Assembly (NCBI GenBank): GCA_027604505.1
Contig: JADIIX010000026.1
Location: 124,001 to 188,000 of the forward strand
Reading direction: 5' to 3'
Length of the DNA: 64,000 bases
Source: Gonapodya sp. JEL0774
Taxonomy: Eukaryota
Shown: positions 47,662-58,706 of the stretch, piece by piece
How positions within the stretch are numbered: position 1 is the first letter of the stretch
Layout of the letters: each line of letters opens with the position of its first letter
The notes under the pieces: model-generated
The model's input: the letters and a program-made list of their open reading frames with translations, nothing else
What the model was told of the DNA's origin: nothing
Databases searched by the model: none
Position numbers and translations under genes: made by a program

Positions 47662-49062
47662 ATGCACACCACCGATAAATCTCCCACAGAACCGCCTCCG
47701 CCAGTACCCGATCGTAACTCGGACCCCCAACCCGATTTAACGCAATCCTCGCCTCCTCGCTCTCCAAATGCCCCAAACCATTTCGTCCCTCTTCACCCTC
47801 GTCATACTTCGTCTCCTGTGTCTCCGTCGCCCTCCATTGCTCCCACACTCGCAATGTCCCGCTCCTCCACAGCAGCGTCTGAGCACTCCCAAACCGACTC
47901 CGATGCAACCGAGCCCGGCCTCAATGCTTCACAGGGGCATCATGGTACACGCCTTCACTGGTCAGTATCGGATGAGCCTGATGAGCAAGAAGATGACCTG
48001 GACTACAATACCTCTTTTCAAACAGCTGCAGGGGAATTTGGGAGGGAGAACCCGCAAAAAGAGCATGTGGACGACTTGCAGGCGCAAAAACGTCACGAGC
48101 AAAGCGAGTACCTAAGAATCCATCAGGAATTTCAGCGTGATCCGAAAGAACTCGAACAATTGCACTTGAGGGAAGCCGAGCAGCGCTCGGGCATAGATCA
48201 CTCGTACGAATCACTGGAACCTGTCCCCCGCCGACCCTCCTCCGCGCCACCCTCAAAACGTGAAAAGCAATCCATGTCACTCACTTTTTCATCACCTTTG
48301 CCACCAACTCGAGGGGTTGATGCATCATTGGTACATAAAACTTCCCCAGTTCAGCAACAAGCTTCCCAGGAAGCACAAACTTTTCCACCTTCGAGTCTTT
48401 TACCTCACTCCCTCTTGCCCACATCTCCAAAACGCAAATCTGTCTCCTCCGACTCCACTCAGTCTACCTCTCAAACTGGACCTCAAACGCGGCGCACCTC
48501 TTCCTGGCATGCCCCAGCGCATCAACGCTGGTCGTTCACTCCCGCGTCTTCTTCTGGCCCCACCTCTAGACCTAATCAGACACCTCCCACCTCGCCTCCC
48601 CGCGCTCGTCATACTTCCTCGACTTCTTCCCCACCATTATCACCGTCACGAAATTCACAACCGCTCGCATCCACTTCCACTACTCTTACTACCCTCCCGG
48701 TGGACTTTGCCCTCTCCATCATATCTCTGTCGCTTACACTTGCCTTGCTCACTGCCCTCACGTTTCTCTCTTACACCCTATCCCTTGCAGGCCCAGTGCA
48801 ACGTGCTGTCAAGGGAGTGGCCAGGCCGGCTGTGAAATGGGCAAGAGGGGTTGTGAGGTGGACAAGGTGGTTGGGGGGCTGGGCGGGTGTTGGGGCCGTG
48901 TTTGGTGCACCTGGGTCCAGCTGGTCGGGGCAACAGAGACAGCAAACGGGTGGCAGCGGTGACTGGTGCGAAGAAACAAAAGGATATGATCAGAAGCATG
49001 GCCAAAATCAGCTGAACGAGCCCGTGCATGTGCAAGGATCGAGAGCGAGTGAGAAGCGTTGA
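47662..49062 (+). CDS. Hypothetical disordered protein with C-terminal membrane anchor
   Basis: Long Ser/Pro-rich ORF, hydrophobic FALSIISLSLTLALLTALTFLSYTL, then a Trp/Arg amphipathic helix. Confidence 0.6.
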   Translation: MHTTDKSPTEPPPPVPDRNSDPQPDLTQSSPPRSPNAPNHFVPLHPRHTSSPVSPSPSIAPTLAMSRSSTAASEHSQTDSDATEPGLNASQGHHGTRLHWSVSDEPDEQEDDLDYNTSFQTAAGEFGRENPQKEHVDDLQAQKRHEQSEYLRIHQEFQRDPKELEQLHLREAEQRSGIDHSYESLEPVPRRPSSAPPSKREKQSMSLTFSSPLPPTRGVDASLVHKTSPVQQQASQEAQTFPPSSLLPHSLLPTSPKRKSVSSDSTQSTSQTGPQTRRTSSWHAPAHQRWSFTPASSSGPTSRPNQTPPTSPPRARHTSSTSSPPLSPSRNSQPLASTSTTLTTLPVDFALSIISLSLTLALLTALTFLSYTLSLAGPVQRAVKGVARPAVKWARGVVRWTRWLGGWAGVGAVFGAPGSSWSGQQRQQTGGSGDWCEETKGYDQKHGQNQLNEPVHVQGSRASEKR

Positions 49063-50092
49063 CCGTGGTTGAACACGACAATAGTGCCAGTGGTGTGCAG
49101 TGTTCGCGCAGCGTGCCTCCCATACCCTCGCTGCTTTTTGCGCAAACAGACTGAATTTTACTGGGATGGTCGCTCACGGTGACCGTGTGCTTAGAATGAG
49201 ACGGTTGCTTGTTGGAGGACCCATCGTTGCTGCCGTGGGCACCTCTGGAACACAATGTAGGCAAAGTCAAGAAGGCGTTCTTGATTGAGCTAGGTCGGGA
49301 CTCGGTGCTCATGAAGCAGATGGCCAAGTGCCAGCTTCGACCATTTGACAATTCGGTAGAGTCTGAACAATCATCATCCTTATTTTCATGTAACAACAGT
49401 ATTCATTATCAGATCACGTCGAACTCCAAGCTAAGCTCAAACAGATGTACGCCAAAGAAGTTGGATCTGTCCCACAGACACGACCTTGATTGAAACTGGG
49501 AAATTGACGTGATTGAGTGGTGACCCTTCTTGTTGGAACTCACACACTCCAGTAAGGTATTACAGAAATAAGTAGCGTTGGTGTCAAACTGAAGTCGCAG
49601 AACTGATCAGGTGGTGGATCGAGTGTCACTATGATCATTGTAAATCTCTTCTTCCATGCTTCTTGACACACAGTTCGCGTCTCTACTACAAAACCGAATT
49701 GGAGAAGTGGCATGTTTATCCGGCGTACCACGTTGTACCACTCCGCAGCAATCCGCACACTGTGAACAAAGGAGAGTGAGAAGGAACTTAAAGTGAGTCG
49801 ATCAAAGGGGAACAGAGAAACATCGCCGCAATTTGGTGGTTGTTTTCACACATCATCCCAGAGAGGTGCGTTGACCAAAATAGTTCAACGACGATGCATT
49901 GCGTCACGTTTGCCTGGATAGTACTTATGATAGATCGCCGTTCGAATGCTCTCCGAATGGTCACCCAGTCTTGTTAAGATGATTGGAGCTGCCTCTTTGG
50001 GGTTTCTCACTGTTCATAGCCTCACTTGAACCTCTGTCCACGGTCACGGTGGATTGCAACTTTGTACCCCTTCCTCAGCGCAAAAGTTGTCG

Positions 50093-52165
50093 ATGGCTTC
50101 TGAAATCAAAATACTCTCCACTACAGATGCTTCAGCGCAGGATCCAGACGACGTCTCAGGCGTGCCTGAGCTTCCAGAGTTTGTGGAGTGGATCAACAAA
50201 GGGATCGCCACAATCACGAACAAGACTGAACAGGAGCACAGAACAATGGAGCAGTTTCAGCAACTCATCGAAAAAAAAGGCCGCCGATCATTGCATTCGT
50301 TGGAGGTCGTGGAAGCGGAAAGAGTGCAGTGCTCAATTGTGAGGATCAGGTGCTGAGGCCGGCGAACGACCGGGGACAGGAGTGATTAATTTCTTTTCAG
50401 GTATTTTCGGCCAGTATATCTGTCCAGAGGGCGACATCGCGCAGACAGGAGTGGCACAAAGGCTTAAGCTGGAAGTTCGACAAGCAGCAGGTGCTCAACC
50501 TCGGCGAATGGATCTTTTGGACACTCGCGGATTCGGTGAGGCCAACAAGCCTGTGGGCAATACTAATGATGAAGACAATCCAATAGGCAAGTTGATCTCG
50601 CGGCATCATCACCAAATTGTGAACTTTGTCAAACTGTTTCCTTCTCTTCGGCAGATTCGTTCGTAAAGGCCGCAAAGGGGAAAAAAATTGACGTAGTGCT
50701 CTTTTTGCATAAAGCAACTTCAATGGGAGATGTGCTTCTTACGAAGGCAATTCAAGACTTCGGTTCTGCTTGTGAGAAAGCTGCAAATCCAAAATGTACA
50801 CCATTGATTGGAGTGAGGTTCTAATTTGGCTTGGGTTCCACTACCTCGCTCGAAGGTCTAACATTAAACCTTATACAGGTGATGACACACATTGATGAAA
50901 TTAACCCCGGCAAGAACGACAAAAACCTCAAGGCACTATACAGCAGTGTGTTATTGATAATCTTGCACTCGCATTCATTAATTTTAACTTATTCTGGGCA
51001 GAGGTCCAACCTTCAAATATGGAGCAGACTCGCATGCGCAACATTTTGGATCTTGAGGTTGTGTTTGAAAAGCATCTAAGCAATGACCACCGTCAAATCA
51101 CTGAAATGTTTGTGTCCGGAGGCAACCAAATCATAAGCGTGGAGGCCTTGGTGACCGGATGGGGTTTTCCTGTTCAAGACGGTAAGTTACACAGGTTTGC
51201 TCTGATTATATGCTGCTAATCACGTTGAAAATAACGTTGCCAGGTGCTTTGTTTGCGAATGAGTTTGTGGATGTGAAGAACCTTCACAAGTGTCAAGCGA
51301 TAGATGGCAAGTTTGGAAACATCATGAAACCAGAAGCAAAAGGATACTGTGTTCCTCTGAAGGATAACGATTGTAAGTATTTGTGGAGCATCACGTTAAG
51401 ACTTAAGAACAACAAAGTGTTTTAACTCTGCCAAAAGTTCGATATGGTTTCGACAAACTTATGGAGAAAATTTACAACCTTGTCGCAGATGACGCCAAGT
51501 ATGAGTCTGCACGACTCAGTTCTCTGTTGCAGATCAAGCAGGAAATGGCTGATCGAATCATAAATGTAAGTGAAATGCATTCCCACGGAGACAGTACCAT
51601 CATCCAATCATAATTCAACAGGTCATAGCCCCAATGGCAGTCATCTGTGCGGTTGTACCAGTAGTTGGCCCGCTGTTGGTCTGGTGAGATATTGTTCTGT
51701 CATTTTGTGCGATGGTTCGAAATTTACTCCCTACTCTCATGAAGGTCCTTGTGTATCATTATGGTGCATCAGATTGCGTCTTTGGCCGAACAGCGCATTT
51801 CTATTTGGAAATGTGCCAAGTTTATATTGGGCTATCTTGCTATTGAAACAGGGATTTCCATTGTTGCCTTGGTAGCTGCCGGTGCAGCTCTATTTGGATT
51901 TTTCATCGCGGAAACACTTGCATTAGAGATTGCAGCGCTCCTTGGCTTTGGAGTCATCACAGTGTCCGAGTTCTACTTCAAGATATGGTTACTTGGAAAG
52001 TATGCTTCTTGGACGTTCTTGGACAATCTTCCTGGCAAGGAGATTGCCAAGAGGATGGAGGAGGAGAAAAAGAAGAGCAAAGAACAGAGAGAAAAAGATA
52101 TGGCAATGTTCCAAAACGGTGAAGATCTACTGCCGGGAACTACTGCAAGTTTCGCAGCAGCTTAG
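50093..52165 (+). CDS. Bacterial-type P-loop GTPase with C-terminal DUF697-like membrane helices; one frameshift at A8 (50271-50278)
   Basis: IAFVGGRGSGKSAVLN/CIFG, AQTG, LLDTRGFGE, KIDVVLFLHKA, PLIG/VMTHIDE, YGFDKLMEKI, hydrophobic C-terminus. About 8 exons. Confidence 0.75.
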
Positions 52166-53347
52166 AAGATTACTCCCGTTTCTTTCGCCTCGTTGTGAGC
52201 TTTTCGGGTTAGAAAATTACTGTAACGAAAGAGGGAACGATATAATAATGTGGTTTATCAAATAGGACACCCCAATTTGAGGGACCACGAAAGATATGTC
52301 CGCTTCGCGCACCCTGGAAACGTTTTGCCCGGTCTGACGGCCTAATGAGCCTCCCCTCATTGACCACCAACTGCCGAGCTGTTCGCTAGGACACCAACAA
52401 AGTTCCCATTTACAGCCTTCATTGTTTGGTATCACGTGTGTACATAAATTTCAGAACGTTGGAAGAGTTCCCACTGCCTTGCGAAATAGTATGCTACCAT
52501 GACTGGGTCCTAAGTTGACCTGGGACTTTCAAAGGTAAGATCGCCGTGTCCCCTTCGTCCTGCGAGTGAGATTCAATCACCCAATGTTAAAGGTACTGTT
52601 GAGCTTAAGAGCAATGCATCCTTGCATTTGAGGAATGAGACTCAGCGTGAAATTCATTGCCGTGCACCGTGAGATGGATACAGATGCCCGGGTGCTTCCT
52701 CTAGTACTTGCCTGCATTCCTTGATGCACAGCACGAGTAGAAATTCTCAGCTCTGTTTCTGAGTTCACGCTTTCTTTAGGTGTTCTGGTGGGTCAGACAG
52801 GTTCAGATGAGCGGCAGAACGCAGGGAAGGTATTGTGGATTCAATCAAGACATTGGGCAGTAATATCATATGTACTTACTTACTTACTCGTGAATTAATC
52901 AGTCACAACCAGAGAGGCCGACATAGGCGGTAATGCATGCAATAAATTTGACCAGCTCATCCTGGTTTCAAGGGTCAGGGGTCTATCAAACAAGCACCGA
53001 AAGATCGACATCTTTGGCTTACTACAGTAAACTCAAATTGACGCGTCTCCAAAGCTACTTTAGCGGGGAACATTTGCTCGCTTTGTGCTCTGTCTTCCCC
53101 ATCAGCGGCTGGTTGGTTGTCACGGCCAGCGAGAATCGCGTTCAAAACTTTTCCAATTACGGACACGAATACAACGACGTGACGCGTACTGTTGCCATTC
53201 CGCAATCTTCTTCGAGATATATTTGTCTAGGACGCGATAGAGTGACTACGTGGCGCGTGCCGTCATATCTCTCCCGAAACTGCCTTCTTAGGAGTTGGGC
53301 TTCAACTGAGAAAACACGAGGAAAGGTTTCACGAACACACGCGGCTC

Positions 53348-56300
53348 ATGGACGAAACTCGAACAAATGGCCTTGCGGATGGGGTAGTGGTTGTGCGGGA
53401 TTTCGCGGGAATGGATGAGGAGGCTGTAGAGATTGCAGCTCCCGAGCATGTACGAGGGAAGGTACCCATAGATGGCTACTCAACTCAGCGAAGTCAGCAC
53501 GGGGAGACGATGCCAGCATTTGAACACCATCTCGTGTCTGTGAAGAATGCAAATATCTCCCAATCTCGCGTTGCACCGCATGTCATCGCATCCGCACCCC
53601 TGGGTACCCTTCCTCGGGGTGCTGCTGCTGCCCTGCCACCTCCCACGGTTCTTCCCAATCCACAGGGATCTATCGCAAGGGCGTTCAAAGCCTACTCGGC
53701 TGGCGACTTGACAACGCTCGCAGCCTACCCATCCCCACCGCCATCTGGTGCGACTCAAACTCAAACACCACCCCAATCCCTATTTTCCTCGTTCTCTCGC
53801 TCGGCCCGCCCACGCGCTGGCACAGGTGGCTTATCCCCTCACTCCACTCTAGCTTCAACACCGTCCCACGCATCCAAACCCCCGTTCGCGAACGCTATGG
53901 CTGCTGCCGCTGCCGCTCTGTTTCAAATCCAACCGCAAGCCTCAAACTCGGTGTCACTTGCGTCCGCGTCCTCGCCTGCAGATGTTGCGAATCAAGGTCT
54001 GCAGCCGCGTGCCCCACCAAAGTCCAAATCAGCCGGAAACATGGCGCGACTGTCACCATCGCATTCTGCAGATGCTCTAACGCTGATGGCACGAACACAC
54101 ACCGCTGAGCGGCCACCTACAGCCACCAGTGCAACCACCGCTCCTCAATCCTCTTCCTCCCGTCGTTCATGGTGGTTTGACCCCCTCTCCCGCATTGGTC
54201 TACCTTCTCGCAAGAACTCCCCTGCGACAACATCTCTCGCCGATGCGACCACCTCTCCGCCTGCCCTCCCACTACAAACTGACCTCAAGAGCAAATCACC
54301 GACACTCCTTCATGGCGTCGAGAACATTTCCCCTTCCGACAACGCAACGCGAGAAGTGCCCCCGTATAGCAACCATTCCCTACCCCGCCCACCCGTTCCA
54401 CCCAAAGATTCCGTGGCGACTCCGAAGGCACCCATCACTCCTTCTCAAATCCGCCCCTCTCTCCCACTCTCGCTATCCGTGCCAGATAAAGACCTTCCTC
54501 CGCTCCCGTCCCAATCTGTCCCTCAACGTCAAGTGGTTATTCCAGATTCACCAGAGACGGTGTTTGAACACAGTTCAGAAAGACGAGTGGTGGAAAACGA
54601 CGAGATGGGGAAGTTAGGAATGGATTCATCAGAGAAGAGTTGCTGTGGAGGACACAGTGAGTAATTCCAGATACGGCAACCACCATATCGCCGCAGCTGA
54701 GCCCCCCTTGCAATGTCTTTTCACAAATTCTTCATCCTCCGTCGCAACTCCCTCTACTCTTCCACCTTTGCTCGCCCTCGCTACTTCAACTATGAACACA
54801 GGCGTCCCACCCACCACGACTGGTCAGGCGCCATCAACACGGCTGTCGTCCATTCCCTTAAGCGAGCGTACTTCCAGTACCTCTGAGTACAATTATAACG
54901 CTCTATCACTGTCCACTTCCTCGTCGACAGCTGCTCCTGCAGACGCGTTCACCCTCTCCGCTCCGGTTCCTTATCTGCACGAAACAACAACGACTTTGAT
55001 GCAGACTTTTGCCCGCTCGTACCCTTCCGCACCGCCCATGCTCAGTGCTTCCGCGTGCGACGCTTCAACGTCATTTGGGCTCTCATTATCAGGACCGTCG
55101 GCATCGGCATCCCCTGCGCTCATTGCTGCAATCATCGCTGCTCGGGCACGTGCCATTCCTGTGCTTCCCACAGACTTACTCGCCCATCTTCGCCTGGCAC
55201 CCGCAACTGAGAACCCACTCCGCTGTCTCGTCAGCCGATCTTCGCTTCTCCCGGTTGACCTGCGACCCCTCCCGTCTTACTCGCGATCACATCTCAATAC
55301 AGCTGTATCTCTTTCCCTTGCCCCTGTATTCAAGACTCGTCTGCGAGCTCGACCGGAAGCAGCGAGGCGGTACGCTCTAGATCGAACAGTGACGGACGCG
55401 CAAGGAGGAGGTAGTCTGGTGTGGGAGAACTGGCGGGGCGGCCTGAATGGCGATGTCAGTGAAGGAGGAAGGGAGAGGATGATTTTGGTGTTTGATGACA
55501 TGATGGATGAATCGGACTCCGCAGTCGATGGGGACGGTTGGCTCATGCTGCTCATGCTGGATCGCACAATTGCCTCAGCTTCAACACCGCCTGCATCCGA
55601 TACTGCTTCAATTGCGTCCGCATCTACGACGTCTGATGCATGTCAACCAGTCCTTCCGGAAGACACGAAGCTTGCCTACCTGGTTGGAGGATGGCGGGCA
55701 TTTGCCGCACTCGATGGCGCCCAAGAATGGATTGTGGGCGCGGAAGGGGAAGACAATATCGAGTCAGACGACAATGCCACGTCTACGGGAGGGCACGGTA
55801 GCCGCAATGCGTCGCCTGCCCCAGGACCTCAGAACTCTCGGAGAATTTCGACTCTGTCGATAAACACAATATCTGCACGTGATAGGGCGGATCGTGTGCG
55901 AGAGAAAGCGGAACGACGGAAATCTGGCAACACGCTTGGTATCACTACTGGTGGTGCTGGAAGAATTGGATCACGGAACAGTGTCGTATATCAGCGCCTC
56001 GCTGGTGGTGATGAGGACGATGGTGATAATGGAGGGAAGAGAAGAGCAAGAGGTGCGACATTTTCGGGACTGTCGGTGTCAGCGAATGCTGCGGGGAAAG
56101 GTGTAATCACTGCAAAGAGGCCTGCAAGCTCAAACATGGTGGGCGGATGGGAGGCGGAGGGCGAAAAGGAGGAAAATTGGAGACCTCCTCGAGTGAGCGT
56201 TGTCGGAAAGCGGCCGGCTAGTGCCAATATAGCAGGAAGTAGAGGATGGGAGGGGGATACAGAAGACCAGGAACTCTCCACTCGGCAGCCCGCAAAGGTT

Positions 56301-57561
56301 GTCTTGTCTTTACCACGCCCCGGCAGGACAGGAAACGGATTCGGCCACAAGAAAGGCGATTCGGGTGGATCATCGGCGCCGCCCATGACGCCCGTAAGTA
56401 TGACCTCAGATGGAGGTTACTTCGATGACGCGACGAGCTCTAGGCGCTTGTCAGCGGTTCGTTCGGGAGAGCCCAGCGTCGGCATGGGCTCCGATATGGG
56501 GTCAAGCTTCGGGGGGTGGCCCGATATTGCAGGATCGCCCGATAGCGCGGGAAGCGCCGGAACGCACTTTTTCCGTACCCCTGCGACCTTAACCGCGAGC
56601 GCGGCGGGATCTGCGGTGCCACCACGCGACGTGCTCAAATGCGATGGAAATGAAGAAAGCGACCAGTGGTCGGACAAACTCGGCGTCGCATCCGAGAACT
56701 CTGTGAAATTGATTGAATCACATCGTGAGCAGGTGGGGAAAGCGTGGTCACCCGGCACGGCTGTGGGACTGCTCGCACCTGATGTGTTTGGATTTCTCGA
56801 TGATCCCAACTTGGCGAATGAAAATGGCGAGATCATGGATGGAGACCAAGAGTTTGAGGAGCAAGACCAAGAATATAACGACCACCACGCACGAGGTTAT
56901 TCGACGGCGTCGGGTGAGTCTACGCCCACTTCGGACGACGAAGATCATGGTCCCGAGATGGTGGATTTGTACACGCAAGTTCTGGACAACCTCTACATCG
57001 GGTCCGACGAAATTCCCTCATCGAGTGATGGGCGAGATCGTATGAAAGAATTGCGTGTGACGCATGTACTCAATGTGGCGACAGAAGTCACCGGCATGGA
57101 AGCGCACCAAAGCGACTTGTGTGATGCCGGATTCGTTTGTCTGAAGATGCACGTAAAAGACAATGCCAACGAAGACATGGAGAAGTATCTGAGGCAGGGA
57201 ATCGAGTTTATAGGTGAGGCCACAAAGCACCCGGAGAAACGTGTGTACGGATTTCATTTGATTTCTGTCATCTCTCACAAAACCAGAAACCGCTCATAGA
57301 GACCCCAACGCGGTTGTTTTTGTGCACTGCAAAATGGGAGTATCCCGCTCCGCAACCATCGTGATTGGGTATCTCATGAAGCGTCTTCAATGGTCCGAGA
57401 GCAAAGCTTTCGCGTTCCTTCGCAAGAAAAGACCGGTCATTCAACCTAATCTGGGATTCTTGATAGTGCTACGGAACTGGGAGCGAGAGCTGTTTGGACC
57501 GGGAGGGTCGACCAGCAGCTTCGAATCTGTTCAAGAGTGCGGAATTCGGGGGTCGGGGTAG
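53348..57561 (+). CDS. Dual-specificity (MAPK) phosphatase with rhodanese-like domain and long disordered regions
   Basis: VDLRPLPSYSRSHLNTAVSL, QVLDNLYIGSD, VTHVLNVA, VFVHCKMGVSRSATIVIGYLMK, RPVIQPNLGF. The join to ORF 53348 through an in-phase intron at 54613-54670 is tentative. Confidence 0.85.
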
Positions 57562-58706
57562 GCCTTGAACGCTCGCGAGAGTTCTGTGACTCTGTCTTAA
57601 TGTATTATGGTCTTCGTACACGTTATGGTGCTTAATTTCATTTTTGAGGGCGACGTGGGAATTCTGTGTCATATCATATCTCGAACTGTACATATAGTGT
57701 ATTTGCATATTGAAAAAAGAAACAGCGAATTCGCATTGCAACTCGGAACTGTTTACCTGATTAGCACCCTGTCTGTTGTTCAGTTCCTGGTTTCAAAGAG
57801 CATCTTTGCCACGCTGACATGAAATAGTTGGTTAGTAACTAAATTCTCATTATTACTTGCAATTTGCGTAACCATCCCGCAAGGAGCATTCCAATATTCT
57901 GTATGTAATAAGATTCGAGCGGGGGGTGACATTACGAGCCAAAAACCGCGGGTACTTTGCGAATTCATATTTCGTTTAGCTTTCAAGGAGTTTTTGCGAT
58001 GCCTATGAAGACGGTTAGACCTTATTGATATCGTTGTCTCTCCTCCGCCGCCGCTCAGGCTTTGAGTTGAGGCACACAAACAGGTATCTATCTCATCGCT
58101 AAGAACGGGACTGGATTTTTTTTATTCCATCGAACTTCCGTTGAGAATTCCGCTTTATATTGGTACAGCAAAACGTTATAGGTTTATTTTTATCCCTGAG
58201 GATTCCGAACGTCATGACGGATGTGTTGAACGGAAAAGCCGGGGCCATCCGTCACTGCAGCTGCACCGATACGTGTTCGTCGGTTTTTCGTTGCACCACC
58301 CGTCAAATCTCAACCGGTCGGTCTCGCCGCCCGTCCAGAAATCTCTCGACTTCCGATTGTACGGAATCTGTGCTTGATTCTGCTGTGTGAGTTACGGCCC
58401 CAGCCCTCGGGAGAGCTTTCAGATGACTCGGCGCGCACGGACGGTGACATGAGCATATCGCTGCCTTTTCAATGGTGGGAACACCTCGATGGCGGATCAA
58501 ACAGCCAGAAAATGCACTGGAGTCTCTGTTTTTACGCCCTCTGAGCGTTTGGAATCGTATCGGGGCAGTTTCTATGTCAGAGGGCTCTCTTTTTCTCATG
58601 TGTCATCAATACAACTTGCACCATGCCTGCACGGTCATTCTTACGGTCTGACTACGACAGTTTGCTTTTTTTATTAGCTGAAAGTTTGTTATTTCGCAAG
58701 CTGCAA

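Noticed and set aside
49209..49493. Protein-like 94-aa ORF
   Set aside because: No convincing start, splice partners or family assignment.
56110..56265. Twice-repeated KRPAS..GWE peptide in the phosphatase linker
   Set aside because: Short internal duplication in a disordered region with no evidence of function.
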